A DNA stretch of 25,919 nucleotides, taken from Actinobacteria bacterium UBA7524. Its GTDB lineage: Bacteria; Actinomycetota; Coriobacteriia; Anaerosomatales; UBA912. The position numbers were made by a program, and so were the translations under genes. The notes under the pieces are model-generated. The model searched no databases, had not been told where the DNA came from, and saw only the letters and a program-made list of their open reading frames with translations. The stretch lies in contig DLMY01000031.1 in the NCBI GenBank assembly GCA_002478275.1, forward strand, positions 124,001-149,919, read 5' to 3'. Positions 25,525 to 25,919 of this stretch are shown piece after piece (positions within the stretch are counted from its first letter, which is position 1; each line of letters opens with the position of its first letter).

Positions 25525-25919
25525 TCAGATCCCGAGCATCAGGCGGGCGACGTTGAAGTACAGCAGTAGGCCCGTGATGTCGACGATGGTGGTCAGCGCC
25601 GGGCTGGAGACGACCGCAGGGTCGAGTCTGAGGCGCGTGGCGATCAGCGGAAGCATCGCGCCGATGAGCGTCGAGGTGATGACCTGCAGCGCCAGCGCGA
25701 TCGAGATCGCCAGGCCGATGCTGTAGATGGTCAGGTGCGCCGGCAGCGTCTCGTCTCCCGCCATCAGCCAGACGCGTGCGAAGGCCAGTACGGCTAGGAT
25801 CGCCCCGATCATCATCGCTATGACGAGTTCCTTGCGCAGCACCTTCAGCGCGTCGCGAGGCGTGACGTCGCCCAGGGCCAGAGCGCGTACGACGACGGTG
25901 GCCGACTGGCTGCCGGTGT
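25525..25919 (-). CDS. mgtE: Magnesium transporter MgtE, C-terminal part (truncated by window edge)
   Basis: GSQSATVVVRALALG, GAMLPL...LDPAVVSSPALTTIVDITGLLLYF. Confidence 0.9.
   Translation of the reverse strand, partial: TGSQSATVVVRALALGDVTPRDALKVLRKELVIAMMIGAILAVLAFARVWLMAGDETLPAHLTIYSIGLAISIALALQVITSTLIGAMLPLIATRLRLDPAVVSSPALTTIVDITGLLLYFNVARLMLGI

Noticed and set aside
1..25919. CRISPR arrays, tRNA/rRNA genes, IS elements
   Set aside because: No spaced repeats, cloverleaf or transposase motifs were seen by eye.

Overview
High-GC bacterial window, probably an actinobacterium of Coriobacteriia type (inferred from the UPF0182, RlpA, aminotransferase/Ddl-like, YtxH and Rv3916c-like GNAT gene content). 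Two housekeeping-like flanks surround a lower-GC, tightly coupled 10-gene operon at about 6.3-18.6 kb. The operon encodes four FabH/KAS III-fold proteins, each with a different active-site configuration, a DUF362-ferredoxin protein, an SCP2 lipid-binding protein, a LolD/FtsX-type ABC exporter, a B12-binding radical SAM enzyme and a divergent IorA/IorB 2-oxoacid:ferredoxin oxidoreductase. No ACP, reductase or dehydratase is visible. It looks like an uncharacterised anaerobic, CoA-based lipid or specialised-metabolite biosynthetic cluster. Also present: a clear transcriptional T-box riboswitch ahead of the aminotransferase and Ddl-like ligase, a long structured 5' leader with a switch-like anti-SD ahead of rlpA, a stand-alone cyanophycin-synthetase N-domain that keeps its Zn-peptidase motif, and a PilG/H/I (Xap)-like ABC module. 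All family calls come from motif recognition by eye; no database search was run.
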